Origin: Fonticula alba ATCC 38817
Lineage: Eukaryota; Protista; Nucleariida
NCBI GenBank assembly: GCA_000388065.2
Contig: KB932213.1
Strand: one strand, 5' to 3'
DNA length: 63,988 bases
This document shows positions 23,640 to 36,975 of the stretch, one piece after another; the first letter of the stretch is position 1; the number at the start of each line of letters is the position of its first letter. The translations under genes and the position numbers were made by a program. The notes below the pieces were generated by a model. That model had not been told where the DNA came from. It was given only the letters and a program-made list of their open reading frames with translations, and did not search any database.

Positions 23640-26600
23640 TCAGATCCAAGCGGTGGGGATGAGCCCGGTCCGGCCGGCGGAGTCGCGCACGTAGGTCCAA
23701 TTCTCGTCGGACATGATCGACGGGTCGGGGCCCATGCCGTCGGGGATGAGGGTGACCACGCTGCCGGCGGCAACCGACAGCTCGCCGGCCTCGCGAGCCT
23801 CGTAGTCGAACTGGACTGTGGCTGGACATGCGCGAGCGCAAGGCCCAGGCCAACAAAGAGGGGGAGAGAGAGAGAGGGAGGGAGAAGGAGGAGGAGCCGC
23901 CGGGAGGAGGGGGGGGGGGGACAGAGGCATGGGGCATGCCAGCCGTTAGTAATGTCAGCGAGGGAGCGAAGGGCGGGAGGGGGGAGACCCCCGCAGGAGG
24001 GAGGAGGGGGAAACACGAGGAAGGAAGGGCCACGGGCGACGTACCGGTCTTGCCGGCGGGCGCCGCGGCCGCGGCCGAGGACGACGCCGATCGAGAGGAC
24101 GTCACCGAGGGCGGCCCCGAGGCGGGAGGTGTGAAGTTCATGGACATGGTGGACACCGGGCGCGAGGAGGACCGGCGGCTGGCCTTCGGCACGCGGACAT
24201 ATGCGCAGGGGAACTGCCCGACCGACCCATCGGCCAGGCGCCCCTCCCACCAGCTCTCGTCGCCGGTGTCGCGGCTGGTGACGGTGATCATGTCGTACTT
24301 GGCGAAGCTCAGCTCCCCGGCCACAGCGGCCGAGTAGGGGTAGATGGCCTGGACAACGTCGCCCTCGCCACCGGCTCCCACCCCGCTGGAGGAGGTGGAC
24401 GCCGAGCGCGACACCGCCCCGGAGGAGGGCTGCGTCATCAGTGAAGCCATGGAAGCGGAGCTGCTGCTGCCGCTGCCGCTGCTGCCGTCGGTGGCACCGA
24501 CCGGACTCTCCAGCACGCCACCCGACAGGGAAACCGCCTCGACGATGGTCACCGAGAAGTAGCCCTCCTTGGAAGTGCGGGTGTGACTGCCGGGGGGAGA
24601 GAGAGAGAGGGAGGGAGGGGAGGGGGCGGGGGTCAGAATGCCAATCCAAAAGGGCGAGAGACGGAGGCGGAGGCGGCGACGGTGCCCGTCTCATGGCGAG
24701 CGATGAGCCGTATGGGCACAAAGGAGGAAAGAAAAAAAAAAAGAAAGAGCGAGCGAGCGAGCACCGCGGAGAGGGGAACACGCACAGGCCATACCACCAG
24801 TCCGGGTCCGGCCGGCTGATGATTTCAATGACATCCCCCGGGGCCAGGGTCAGCTCCGTGTCATCCTGCGCCGAGTAGGAGTGGACCGCGCGCACGCGCT
24901 GGCACAGGCCCAGCGGATGCCCGGAGAAGTCCAACGAGCCCTGCTGCCCGGACAGGCTGTATGTGGAGGCCGAGGAGGAGATGCCACCGGCCGAGGGCGA
25001 GCCGGCCGGCGCCGGCTCCACATACGAGCGGGGGAAGACCACCGACGGGGTGCCGGGCCCGGCGCCGGCCGGCAGCACGCGGATCCAGTCGGCATCGGTC
25101 GGGTCATCATCCGACGCCACGGTCAGCAGGTCGCCCTCATTGGCGGAGAGTTCGTCGGCCGCGCGCGCCTCGTACGTGTAGAGAACGCGCACTTGCGGCG
25201 GCCGGGCGGAGGCGGCCCCGGGGCCCGGGGCCCCGGCCGGCCGGCCGACCGAGCTGTTCGGCCCGCTGCCGAAGCCGGTCGGGCCGCCGGACACCGTGAT
25301 GCCGCTGCCGCCACCGAGGGAGGGGACACCGGCCCCGGCCCCGGCCCCGGCATCGGCCATGGCCCCGGCATCGGCCACAATGCCAGCCCCATGCAGCAGC
25401 TGCAGAGCCGTGCGCCAGGGAGCCGACTCGACCTCCAGCAGGGCCAGCGACAGGGCGGCCTGCTCGGCCTCGGCGCCGGTTTCCTGGGTGCTGCCGAATT
25501 GCGGCGTGGCCCGGTAGGCCGACGCCAGCGACTGCACCGCGTCGAACTCCTTGCGGCGCTTTTCCAGATCCACCGTCACACGGCTCAGGTGCCCCTCGAC
25601 CTCGGCCGCCCGGCGGGACAGGCCCACGCGGCTCAGATCGTCGAAGAACAGCCGCTCCAGGTCGCCGGAAGTGGACACATCCAGGAGCGTGCCCTCGCCG
25701 GTGGCGGCCGCCGAGCCGGGGCCGGAGCTCCCGGCACGCGCTTCGGAATCGGCCTGCGCGAACTCCAACCGGCCGAGGGCCACCGCGGCCGGGGACGGGC
25801 CGCCGACCGCCCGCTCGACCCCCTCATCGAACCAGGCGCTGACGCTGACCAGGGTGGGGTCGCCGCCGGCGGCGGTGATGGCCTGCTCGACGGCCGCCGC
25901 CGCCGGCATGGCCACCGGGAAGATGGGCACACACTCGCCAAGGAAGAGGTCCCGATCGACCGGGCGGCTGGCCGCATACTGGGCCGTCTGCAGGAAGCCC
26001 TCCATGTAGGAGGTGGTCTCGCGGCAGTTGAGCAGCTGAAGCTCCGCATAGGAGCACAGGTGCTGGGACAGCTGCTCGAAGAAGGGCCCGTCGATGGCCT
26101 GCATGATCAGCCCCAGGGCATTGGTGTCGAAGACGCTTTGGGCCCGGGCCAGGCCGCGCGTGGCCAGGACATAGTCATTGCGTGCGGTTTGGGCCTCGGT
26201 GCGGGCGGTGCGCTGGCGCCGGCGGCTGGTGTCCAGCCGGCGCTTGACGTCGCCCACGCCGCTGATCCGCCGGAACATGGCTGCCGCGGCCGAGGTGGAC
26301 TCCTCGCTGGAGGCATTGGACGCCAGTTCGTCGTTGTACTTCTGCGTCACGCGGCTGGCCGTGCGGACGAGGTTCTCGTAGTTGGCCTTGGACTATGGGG
26401 GGGGCGGGGGAGGGGGGCGGGGGAGGGGGGCGGGGGAGGGGGCCGATGCGCCGGAAACAGCCGGAGGGGTTAGACAGCGGAGCCAAAGGGAGGACAATGA
26501 ACGGCGTCTGGGGGAGGGGAGGCCGGGCCGCACGCTGGACACGTCGCTGCAGAGGTTCTGCAGGGTGACATGGTGACGCTGGAGCCACTCGCTACCGCGT

Positions 26601-27812
26601 GCCCAGCGGCGCTTGTGCGCGTCGATCTGGGACTTGAGACCGCCGACCGGCTGCACCACAAGGACGCTGCTGACCCCATCGTCCCCGGTGACAGAGGCCC
26701 CGGCGGAGCCGCTGGTCGAGGCGGCAGATGACAGGTTCTCCGCAAACAGGCCCCGGCGACGGGCCGAGTTCTTCTCATGCTCCAGGAGCTCGAGGAAGGC
26801 CACCGACGAAGGGCTGGGCCAGGGGGTAGGGGAGGGAGGGAGAGAGGGAGAGAGCGAGAGAGCGAGGAGTCAATGGCAGAGCGGCGTGGGGGGGGGGGGG
26901 GGGCTACAAACGTAGCACCGGAGAGGGGGGGGACATGCGTACCGATCAATGTCGAAGCCAGTGGCCCGGCGCCGAAGCTCGAGCGCCTGGTTGGCCAGGC
27001 GGCTCAGGTCGTTGGAGTACTGAAGCTCGATCTCCGAGCGGCGCTTCAGGAAGGAGCGGATCTCCTCGGCGAGCGCCACTTCGGACGCGTGCTTGGCCTG
27101 GAGCCTGTCAGGGAGGCGGGGGGGGGNNNNNNNNNNNNNNNNNNNNNNNNNNNNNNNNNNNNNNNNNNNNNNNNNNNNNNNNNNNNNNNNNNNNNNNNNN
27201 NNNNNNNNNNNNNNNNNNNNNNNNNNNNNNNNNNNNNNNNNNNNNNNNNNNNNNNNNNNNNNNNNNNNNNNNNNNNNNNNNNNNNNNNNNNNNNNNNNNN
27301 NNNNNNNNNNNNNNNNNNNNNNNNNNNNNNNNNNNNNNNNNNNNNNNNNNNNNNNNNNNNNNNNNNNNNNNNNNNNNNNNNNNNNNNNNNNNNNNNNNNN
27401 NNNNNNNNNNNNNNNNNNNNNNNNNNNNNNNNNNNNNNNNNNNNNNNNNNNNNNNNNNNNNNNNNNNNNNNNNNNNNNNNNNNNNNNNNNNNNNNNNNNN
27501 NNNNNNNNNNNNNNNNNNNNNNNNNNNNNNNNNNNNNNNNNNNNNNNNNNNNNNNNNNNNNNNNNNNNNNNNNNNNNNNNNNNNNNNNNNNNNNNNNNNN
27601 NNNNNNNNNNNNNNNNNNNNNNNNNNNNNNNNNNNNNNNNNNNNNNNNNNNNNNNNNNNNNNNNNNNNNNNNNNNNNNNNNNNNNNNNNNNNNNNNNNNN
27701 NGGGGGGGGGGGGGGGCGGTAAGCGGCTGGGCCCACATGAAGGAAGCAAGCGCGAGGGCGGGGAAGGGGCGTACCCGCCGAAGGAGGACGCCGATGCGGG
27801 TGTGGCCGTCAT
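23640..27812 (-). CDS. F-BAR (FCH) protein with four SH3 domains (FCHSD/Nervous wreck/Bzz1-like); part of the N-terminus is hidden in an N-gap
   Basis: F-BAR helices: EEIRSFLKRRSEIELQYSNDLSRL and ARNDYVLATRGLARAQSVFDTNALGLIMQAID. SH3 motifs: VLYTYEARAADELS..DWIRV..FPRSYV; AVHSYSAQDDTELT..DWWYG|LHTRTSKEGYF; AIYPYSAAVAGELSF..SWWEG..GQFPCAYV; VQFDYEAREAGELS..NWTYV..TGLIPTAWI*. The start at 27812 is tentative. Confidence 0.85.
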
Positions 27813-30800
27813 GACTCCCCGATAGCTTGTGCGGTAGGGGCAGGGGGAGCGAAAAGACGAGTGGGAGAGGGGAGGGAGGGAGAGGTGCGAGGGGGGGGGG
27901 TATGGGGAGGCGAGGTGAAAGTGCAAGTGCTACCGGCTCCCGACCGGGGCCCGATCGGGTGGGGGTATTTTCAACAAAAAAACGCCTCTCGCCCCGGTCA
28001 CGGGCGGGGACCACGCCGACCGCCGTTCCGGTGCGGCTAGCGGCGGGGGAGGCGGGCGCCCGGCCGCATCGCCTGTGTCGTTGCTCCTGCTGGCCCGGCG
28101 GGGCGACCGGCGCGCGAGGACACGAGCGGAGCGCCGTCCCCGGGGTCCCCCCGGCGGCCCTGGCTCCGGGAAAGGGACCGGTGCTCCGTCGGAGATCTGA
28201 CTGCCCCGTGCGAGCGCGCGCACACGCACACCCAACAGCCGGCCATCGAAGCAGCCCGGGGGCGATCCCGCGCCGCCCTGTGTGGCAAAAGAGCGGGGGG
28301 GGGGGTTGTGCGGGGGCGCCCGGGCTGGGGGCATGCGCTCCGGCCGGGGCCGGGTCGTTTGCACATGGCAGATGTGGCGGCCAGCGGGCGTGAGCGTGAG
28401 CTGTTGTTGTGGATGGGGGGCCGGGAAGAGAGGGGTGCGGCGCCGTGGCTCGGGCCGAAAACCGAGCGCGCAGGGAAACCCGGCATGTGCGGCGAAAACG
28501 ACGAACAAGAATTCGGGGAATGTCACGACCTGGGAAGCGGCGGTGGATGGCTGCCGGCGGCGGAGATTGCCGACGCCCATGCCGATCCCCCCCGCGGCGG
28601 GCGGCCGGGCCGGGCGGCCGCGGGGGCGGCGGAGTGTCCCCGGGGTCCCGCGGGTGCACAGGCGGCAAGACAGGGCGCACTTGCGAAGCCCAGAAGCATC
28701 GGCGGCCGGCACCTGGGGCCAGCGGCCGGGGGGTAAACAAACGTTGGCAGGGTGCCGGCACTCCGCGCGGGGAGCCCTTCGCCCAGGCCGCCGGCGGGCC
28801 GCATTCGCCCGGTGGTGGTGGCAAATGGGTGTCCCCGGCCCGGCGGGGTTTCGCGGCATGGAGCTAGCCCCGATGGGGGGATCGCGCGCGCGCGCGCACG
28901 CACACAGCCCAGCCACACGCCGCTCGGCCGCGCGGCCGAGCCGCCGGCCAGTCCGACAGTCCGGAAAGAACACGCAGAGGTGCTTTTCCGGGGCCCCGGC
29001 CGCCCCGCTGCGCCCCCGGCTGGCCCTGCTCCTCCCCCGGGGTCGCAGCAGGGGGGGGAGAGCCCGCGAGTCAGCCGGAATCCCTTCGCCCCCCGCCCCT
29101 TCCCCGGCGAAGGGGGGGCCCAGGGGCATGCGAGTGTGCCGAATGCGCTGGCCCGGCCGCGACGCCAGCCCGGGGGGGGCGCCGGGCACCCGCGGGCTTG
29201 GAGAATGTGGCCCCAGCGGCACCGCCCACGGCGCGGGGGCTGGCCACAGGCATGGCCGCCGGATGCGTGAAGGACGGGGCCAGCCGACCGTCAGGCGGCC
29301 GGGGCCGGGCCGAGGACGGGCCCGGGCGCGCGACACAACCCAGCACTGACGTTGCTCCGAGCCGCAGGGCCTGAAACCGGGAGCGGCGGCCCGCAGCTCG
29401 AACACGCGCGCGCGAGCGGCCGCCAACCGCCCCCCCTTCTGGCTGCCACTGGCCCCAGCCCGGGGTCCTGTGCTCCGGGCCCCGCACACACACCATTCCT
29501 TCCCCCCCCCCCCCCGGGCCGTGTGGGTTGTTTAACCGCGTCCCCGGCCGGCGCGCGCGGACCGTCTCCAAAGCAGGGCAGGTCAGACGGCCTGCATGCG
29601 CGAAAGGGGTCCCGCGCGCGCGCGCGTACGAGCCAGCGCCAGTGGGGGGTGCATGCGCCCTTGGCCGGAGGGGGGGGGGCTCCGGCGCCATTCACCCGCC
29701 CCGCGGGGCGCACGTCATCCGTTTGGTCGGTGTGATGCCGCTCATGGTGTCCGCCCGGCCTCCGGGCGTGCATTCCCCGTGCGATGCGTGATCCCGGCGG
29801 CGCACGTGCAGCCGCAGGTGAACCCTATCCGTCTGCCGGGGCATGGGGCCCGGGGGAGCCAATCGCCGGCCAGCCGGCCAGCCGGCCGGGCGGCCGGTCG
29901 GCATGCCCCCATGCCCCTCGGCCGGGCCACTGATGCTCGTCCTGGCGTGCGTTTCTTCGCGGTCCCCGGGGCGCGGAAGGGTTCAGGGGTAAAAGGCCCC
30001 AGTCGGCCGACGGACACGGCGCGCGGAGAGATCGGCCGGCTGGAGGCGGGGGCGGGGGGGGGGGGGGGCGCATTTTCCCGGCTCTTCTCCTCGGCCGGGG
30101 GAGGAGGGAGGAGGGGCCCGCGCAGGGGCTTTTCGCTTGGAAGAGCGGAAGACCCAGGCTCATTTGTTATGATTATTTATTACGACAATGCCAGCCCCTT
30201 CTCCCTTCTCGGGCGCCTCTGGCCGGGGGCTTCTCCCGCCCGGGGGGGGGGGGGGAGAGGCGTTTGCGCCCGCGGCTGGGCGGCCCCCAAACCGGCGGGC
30301 ACACGGCGCGTTCTTGTTTCGCAGCATACCGGCCGGGACGCGCAAATACGCCGGAAGCCGGCCCTTCTCTTAGTCCCCCCGCCCTCTCCCGGTCAGGGGC
30401 GGAGTGGGGGGCTGAGGCACGGGCAAATGCGCGCACACCGGCTGCCCCCGACGGGGCCGAGGGGTAGATTCCAACCCTTCGCCGGGCCGGGGGCGCCGGG
30501 GCTGCGAGGCTTCGTTCGCGCTGTGCGCAGGCGTGTCGGGCCCCGGTCTTCGGCACGGGGCACCGGGGCGGTGAACCCCGGGCTCCGGGCGCGCCCCGAA
30601 CGGAGGCCCCGAGAGAGAGGGGGGGGGGGGGCGGACCGAACAGATGCCGGACACCCCGGCACACGGCCCCCGGGGCGGTCGCGGAGGCCGGCACCCCTGG
30701 CTGTGGCGGCCGGCGGCCCCGGAGTTGGGAGGAGAGGCCTGCCCCCGGTCGTCCCCGGCGCTGGGACCCTCTTTGGGCCGGCGGTGCCCGAGCCTGGGCC

Positions 30801-30976
30801 GGCGCCGGCCCGACCGGCACACAGATTGTGTTCACTGGCGACACCCCCTCCTCCCCTCCCTCTCCCCCCTCCCCGTCGCCCCCCCTCCCCCTTGCTTTTC
30901 GCTCCTCCCCCGCTCCCCGTTCCCTCCCCCCCCCCTCCGTGGCCGCACATACACACGCACACACCCCTGGCACGCC

Positions 30977-33900
30977 ATGGCCGACTCCTCCCTCGACGGC
31001 TCGTCCTCCGCCGCGCAGCAGAATGTCGTCGCCGATGCCCTCCTGAACGGTGCGCCATGTCCCCGGGCCAACTTGGCTCGTCTGCTTTTGCGCCTGCCCC
31101 NNNNNNNNNNNNNNNNNNNNNNNNNNNNNNNNNNNNNNNNNNNNNNNNNNNNNNNNNNNCCCCCCCGAAACACATCCACACAGTCAAGGCCCTGGCCTCG
31201 TTCAGCTTCAGCGATGACCAGCCGCCCCTTGAGTTCCCGAGCAAGGCCATCTCGGCCGAGGTGTCCTGGTCGGATGGCTCGCGTCTGGACGCACCCGCCT
31301 TCCGCCACGAGAAGATGCAGTTCATGAGCGAGCAGCTCCAGCAGATCGCCACCCTGGTGCGTTGTGGCCGGCCTCCTACGCGCTTCCTCCCTGCCTCTCT
31401 CTCTCATATCGGTCTGAAATTTGCCCGACGCCCTGCTGACTCTGAGCTCGCCATTTGTTTGCCCTCACCCCCACCACCCTACACCTCTTCTCAACACCTC
31501 CTCTCAACACCTCCTCTCAACACCTCCACCCAACACCTCCACCCAACACCTCTTCTCAACACCTCTTCTCAACACCCCTTCTCAACACCTCTACACCCCT
31601 TCTCAACACCTCTACACCCCTTCTCAACACCTCTACACCCCTTCTCAACACCCCCCCACCATACAGGAGGAGCGCACCCGCGTCGGCGAGTCCTTCATCC
31701 ACATGCTGTACGCCTACCGCGGCGTGTCCGGCGCCATTCCCCAAGTGCGCGACCATGACGAGGCCAACAAGGCGGCCCTCTACGCACACACCTACCAGGT
31801 CCTCAAGCCGCTGGTGGACAAGATGAAGGAACTCATGGCCTACATGGAGTCCTCGGTGAACACCGTTTGCAAGATCCTGGTGGTGGCCAACGAGGCGCGC
31901 AAGTCCCGCGGGTCGCCCCCCTCCGAGGAGCTGCTCCTGGCCCTGGCCCGGGTATTCAACATGTTCATCTCGCTGGACGGGCTGAAGGACATGAAGTCCT
32001 CGCTGAACAACGACTTCGCCATCTACAAGCGCGCCCTGTCCAACATGAAGAAGCAGACCAACCCCAATGAGGATGAGACGATGGAAAACCAGAAGCTCTA
32101 CAACTTCCTCGGTAACAAGGACGAATTCGCGCGCGAGCTCCGCAAGACCATCAACCTGGACGGCGGCCCCGGCGCCATCGAGGACGTCCTGGCCGACTTG
32201 CTGGACAAGGCGGCCGACATCATCGAGCGGCGGACCTACATCACGGCCGACAACAAGCACACCCTGCTCAAGGCCATGGGGTTCTCGCTGTACCTGCTGG
32301 ACAGCGACCAGTCGGACAAGGCCATCACCAAGAACAAGAAGGTCAAGCTCGACCGGCTGATGCGCCTGTTCAAGGCCACCCCCTACATGCCGCTGACCGG
32401 TGACATGACCCTCAGCATGCAGACCCTCCTGCTGAAGACCAGCCTGCGCGAGGTGAGCTGGGTCACCGAGAGCCCGGGCAATGAGGACAACTCCCTGCGC
32501 CGGGCGTACTCGCTGCTGCACACGCTGCCGGAGGCGCGGGCCGAATTCCGCGAGTACCTGGCCGAGCTGGGCACCTTGCGTAGTGAGTTCCGCCGGCGGC
32601 AGCGCCTCATGGGGGCGGCCGGTGGTGCTCCGGCCGACACGCTGACCCCGGTGCCGCCGCTCCTGTCCTCCCCCATGTACAATGTCCTGCTCCGGGGGTT
32701 GCAATTGCTGGGGCGCCTGACCACGGCGGTCATCGAGCAGTCGGCCTGGAAGCTGGCCCATCCGACCGACTCGTCCATCAACCCCGACTGCCCGGAGAAT
32801 GCCCACGACTATGAGAAGTCCGTGCGGTACAACTACAGCTCCGCCGAGAAGACCGCCTTCGTGGAGTACCTGTCCATGGTGTACAGCCTGAAGCGCACCC
32901 TGGCCCAGGCGGAGGCTCCCTTCGGCCATGTCATCTACTCGTACATCCATGCCACCCTGCAGCGCTTCGCTCATGGGTCCCTGGCGGAGGTGATTGCCTC
33001 GGTGGCCAAGAAGAGCAAGCAGAATGTCCTCGTGTGCGTGGCCCCTCCTCCTCCCCTTGTGGTTCTGGGTTTTTTTTTTCGTCCATTTGAGCTTCACACC
33101 CTCGGGCTCATTTCCCTCTTCCTGTGTCTTGTGCTAACGTGCCTTCTGGGCTCCCCTTGACCTGCTGGTGTATGTGTGTGCGTGTGTGTGCATGTGTGTG
33201 CATGTGTGTGCGTGTGTGTGCATGTGTGTGCATGTGTGTGCATGTGTGTGCTTGTCTCCCCATGCGCCACCGGGCTCCTCGTATCTTCCCTCGCCTCCGC
33301 CTGTGCCGGCACCCACCACAGGGCCCTTGGTCACGCGTTCAATGTGATTGCCGACTCGACCGCCGCCGAGGGCACCGACATTGTGGCCCAGGTGAGCGAC
33401 AAGAAGGCCAAGAAGGCCAAGAAGGCCTCCGGCTCGGGCGCCGGGATGGCCATCGAGCAGGCCTACCCCGAGCGCGCGGCCAGTGTCAGCCAGGCGCAGC
33501 TGTTCACCCTGCGTGCCCTGCTGGACTCGGTATACAATGAGAAGGCCCCGGGCATGCGCGGTGGCTTCATGAAGGACAAGGACCTGTCCAGCGAGCAGGC
33601 CGGCCTGCTGGATGCCGTCTTCCAGGAGGCGCACTTCTTCCCGGTCATGCTGTCCTTCGGGGCGTCGGTCGAGGCGGCGTCCGACCTGTCGGAGCTCTGG
33701 TACAAGGAGTTCTACCTGGGCCTGCGCAAGGAGATCCAGTTCCCGATTGAGATGTCCCTGCCATGGATCCTGACCGAGCATGTGCTCAATCCGGATGATG
33801 CCCACGCCCTCATCGAGTCGGTGCTCTACCCGCTGGAGCTGTACAATGACGCGGCCGGCCGGGCCATCCACAAGCTCCGGTCGCGCTTCCTCTTCGACGA

Positions 33901-36188
33901 GATCCAGGCCGAGGTGAACCTGGCCTTCGATCAGTTCATCTTCGCCCTGTCCAATGCGGTCTTCGAGCACTACAAGCAGCGCGCCTCCTCGTGCGTGTCG
34001 GGGGCCTCCCCGCTCCTTTGCCCTTTCTGTCGGCCTCTCGCTCGCCTCCCCGGTGCTGACTCTTTGCCTTCCTCCTCCCTGTCCGCGCCCGTGTGCGCGC
34101 GTACCCACATGCACATATTCATCCCGATAACCCGCGCACGCACACGCACACACGCACACACGCACACATGCACATGCTCGCAGCGTCCTCATCAACAAGG
34201 AGTACAAGCTCCTCTTCGAGGAGAACATCTCCTCCGACGGGCGCCTCGAGGTGACGGTCCTCCCCTTCGAGTCGGTCCTGCGCCAGCGGCACTTCCAGCT
34301 CCTCGGCCGGTCGGTGGACATCAGCCGGCTGGTGAGCCAGCGCATTTCGGCCAACCTGCGCCAGGCGGTGGAGGTGGCCATCCAGCGCTTCGAGGCGGCC
34401 CCGCTGCATGGCGTCCTGGAGCTGAAGGCCCTGCTGGAGCACAACCGCATGACGCACGAGCTCCTGTCGGCGGTCCTGCCGCTGGAGTCCTTCGACATGA
34501 TCCTGGAGGAGGCCGACGAGGAGACCAACCTGGTGGCCTTCCACGGGCGCATCGTGTCGCATGTGGTCTACGAGCTGGTGAATGACTTCCTGCCGAACTA
34601 CTGCTACAACATCATGAGCGGGCGCTTTGTCCTGGCCCGGCTGTCGATGATCGATCCGCTGAACCGGCCGTCGGCCCCGCGGCCGCTGCCGCACCTGCTC
34701 TTCGGCTCGCGCATCTTCAACAACCACTTCTCCCGGATGTTTGACCTTTACCGGGAGTACTTCGGCGAGGTGCACTTCAATGCCCTGTACACGCTGCTGG
34801 GCCGGGCCTACTTCCCGGTCATTCTCGGCGAGCTGGTGAACAATGCGCGCACCCTCTTCGAGCATTCGCTGCGCCCCTTCGTGTCGGCCCTCATGCGCGG
34901 CATGCCGCAGTCGTCCAAGCTGCCGGCCTTCGTGTACGGTGTCACCGGGTCCTATGAGTACTTCTTCGAGCTGCTGCGCCCGGTCATCACGTATGGCGCC
35001 CTGCGGACCGAGGTGTTCCAGGTGTTCCGGGAGATCGGCAACACCATCATCGTGCTGCAGCTGCTGGACCGGGCGTCCTTCGTTGGGCAGCCGCTGGCCA
35101 CCATGCTGACGGCGCCCTTCTTGGGGATCCGGGCCCCGGGGCCGAAGCCGAGCCCGGCCGGGGCGGCCGGCCCGGCCGGGGGGGCGGTCGATGCCCCGCC
35201 CCCGGAGAGCCCCACCGGCTCGGTGGCCGACGGGCGCTATGTGGTGGCCGATGTGCTGGCGGCCAATGGCGAGCTCCTGGCTTCCTCCGGCACCGTGGTG
35301 GACTTCGCCACCCTGGGCCGGCATGTGGAGGCTCTGACCAAGGCCCAGCTTGGCGGCGGCCGGTCCCTGCTGGGCAGCTTCCTGGCCAGCCTCAGCGAGG
35401 CCCTGGATTCCACCCGCAGCGAGTGGCTCGGTGCCACCCCCTCGAATGACGTGCTCGAGGTGGACATGAGCAAGGAGTACTATCGGATTTGGTCGGCCTG
35501 CCAGTTCACCTTCTGCACGCCGCCCATCACGGCGTCCGGCTCGACGACCCGGTGCGTGTCCCCTTTCGCCCCTTCTTCCTCCTCCTCCTGCGCTCCTCCT
35601 GCTCTTCGCCTTGCCGCTGATCCTGGCGAGTGTCCTTCTTTCTCTGACCCCTCTCCTGGTTTTTTCTCTCTCCCTCTCTCTCTCCCTCTGTGTGTGTGTG
35701 TGTGTGTGCGTTGCTACCATGCAATGGGTATGCGCAGTGAGAGCTTCGGCGAGGGCCTGCAGTTTGGCGGTCTGGTCTTCATCTACCTGCTGGGCCAGCA
35801 GCACCGTTTCGATGTGTTCGACTTCTCGTACCACCTGATCCAGGTGGCCGGCAATGAGACCCAGCTCGGCCGTGCCGGTGGTGTGGACCTTGGCCGCTTT
35901 GTGGACCTGGCCCGGTTCTGCCGGCTGCTGAATGACGAGATCTTCCGTGTGTTCCGCGCGCACATGCCCCTGCCGGCCTTCGAGCCGGCCCTCAGCATCG
36001 GCCAGCTGCCCCTCAAGAAGCCCGCCTTCGTGGGCCGGTTCTCGCCTCCGGGGCCGGATTCGGCCGACGGCAGCGGCACCTATCACCCCTTCGCCGGGGT
36101 GCACGGCGATGGCGAGCGCATTGGCAACCTCAAGGCCATCGCCGTCACCGAGGGTGCTGGCGCGCCCGCGCCTGCTGCCTCCGAGTGA
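30977..36188 (+). CDS. CYFIP: CYFIP/Sra1/PIR121, subunit of the WAVE regulatory complex
   Basis: Exons 30977-31049, 31184-31356, 31667-33033, 33322-33990, 34184-35551, 35738-36188. Motifs DALLNV..DDQPPLE, HMLYAYRGVSGAIPQV, LDGLKDMKSSLNNDFAIYKRA, SDLSELWYKEFYL..IQFPIEMSLPWIL, LRQRHFQLLGRSVDI, EYYRIWSACQF and FGEGLQFGG...FDVFDFSYHL. Confidence 0.97.
31481..31650 (+). repeat. G-free minisatellite in CYFIP intron 2: ~13-bp units (ACACCTCYTCTCA) grading into 21-bp units (ACACCTCTACACCCCTTCTCA x4)
   Basis: Read directly from the sequence. Confidence 0.85.
33171..33250 (+). repeat. 10-bp tandem repeat (YRTGTGTGTG) x8 in CYFIP intron 3
   Basis: Read directly: tatgtgtgtg cgtgtgtgtg catgtgtgtg ... 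Confidence 0.9.
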
Positions 36189-36975
36189 GGGCCCGGGCGG
36201 GACCCCCTCTCCCTGCCCGGGGGAGGGGAGCGCCTTTCCGGTCTTCCTTTCCTCCCTCGCACTCCCTCCCCCCGGGCAGGGAGGAAGGAGGGCAGCAAGC
36301 CCTGGCGTTGTTGGTGCACTGCGTGCCGCTGCCCGTTTGCGCCTCCTCCGACGCCAGTGTCCCGTTGAGAGGAGGGGCCAAGGCGTGCACCCACCATCCC
36401 CCCTTCCCCTGCCTCCGTTTGCTTTCCCTCCCTCTCTCTCTCTCTCTCTCTCCTTCTCTCTCCCTCTCTCTCCCTCTCTCTCCCTCTCTCTCGAGAGAGG
36501 GGGGCGCCTCCCTCCTTTTTTTCCCTCTGCCCCGGGGCATGCGCGTGAGGCGCATTATCCAAGCACCGATTTTCCCTCCGCCCCTTCCCAACCCTTTTGT
36601 CACCGAAATATATGTCTCTCAGAAAGAAACGCCGTGGACCTGCCGACCGCCGGGGGGCGGGACTCGCCCCCAGCCTGTGCGTGTGCCTCCGCCTTCTGCG
36701 GGGTTTTTTCTTTCACATGCGCTCAAAGATGTGTGCTACGTGTGCCTTATTGGGATGTGCGCGCGGCACAGGTGCATTGTGGCGCTTGTTTGTTTTGTTT
36801 TTTTTTCCGCCTGGGCAGCACGCTGGCCCCCGGGGTGATGTGGGCACCCTTCTGTAAGGGAGAGGGTGGCTTGCTCGGCGGGCCGGCCGTTTGCGCCGGG
36901 AAAAGGCAGGAGGTGCCCGGCCCGAAGGCGGCCGGCGCGGGGAGACTGCCCCCCCCGCGCGGGCATGCTTCCGGC

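Noticed and set aside
31481-31650. Short repeats resembling a CRISPR array
   Set aside because: The units are contiguous with no unique spacers, inside a eukaryotic intron; this is a minisatellite.
31556-36104. Long antisense ORFs (513 aa at 31556-33097; 661 aa at 34119-36104) opposite CYFIP
   Set aside because: These are shadow frames caused by strong GC3 bias, which makes antisense stops rare. They track the CYFIP exons exactly and have no domain signal.
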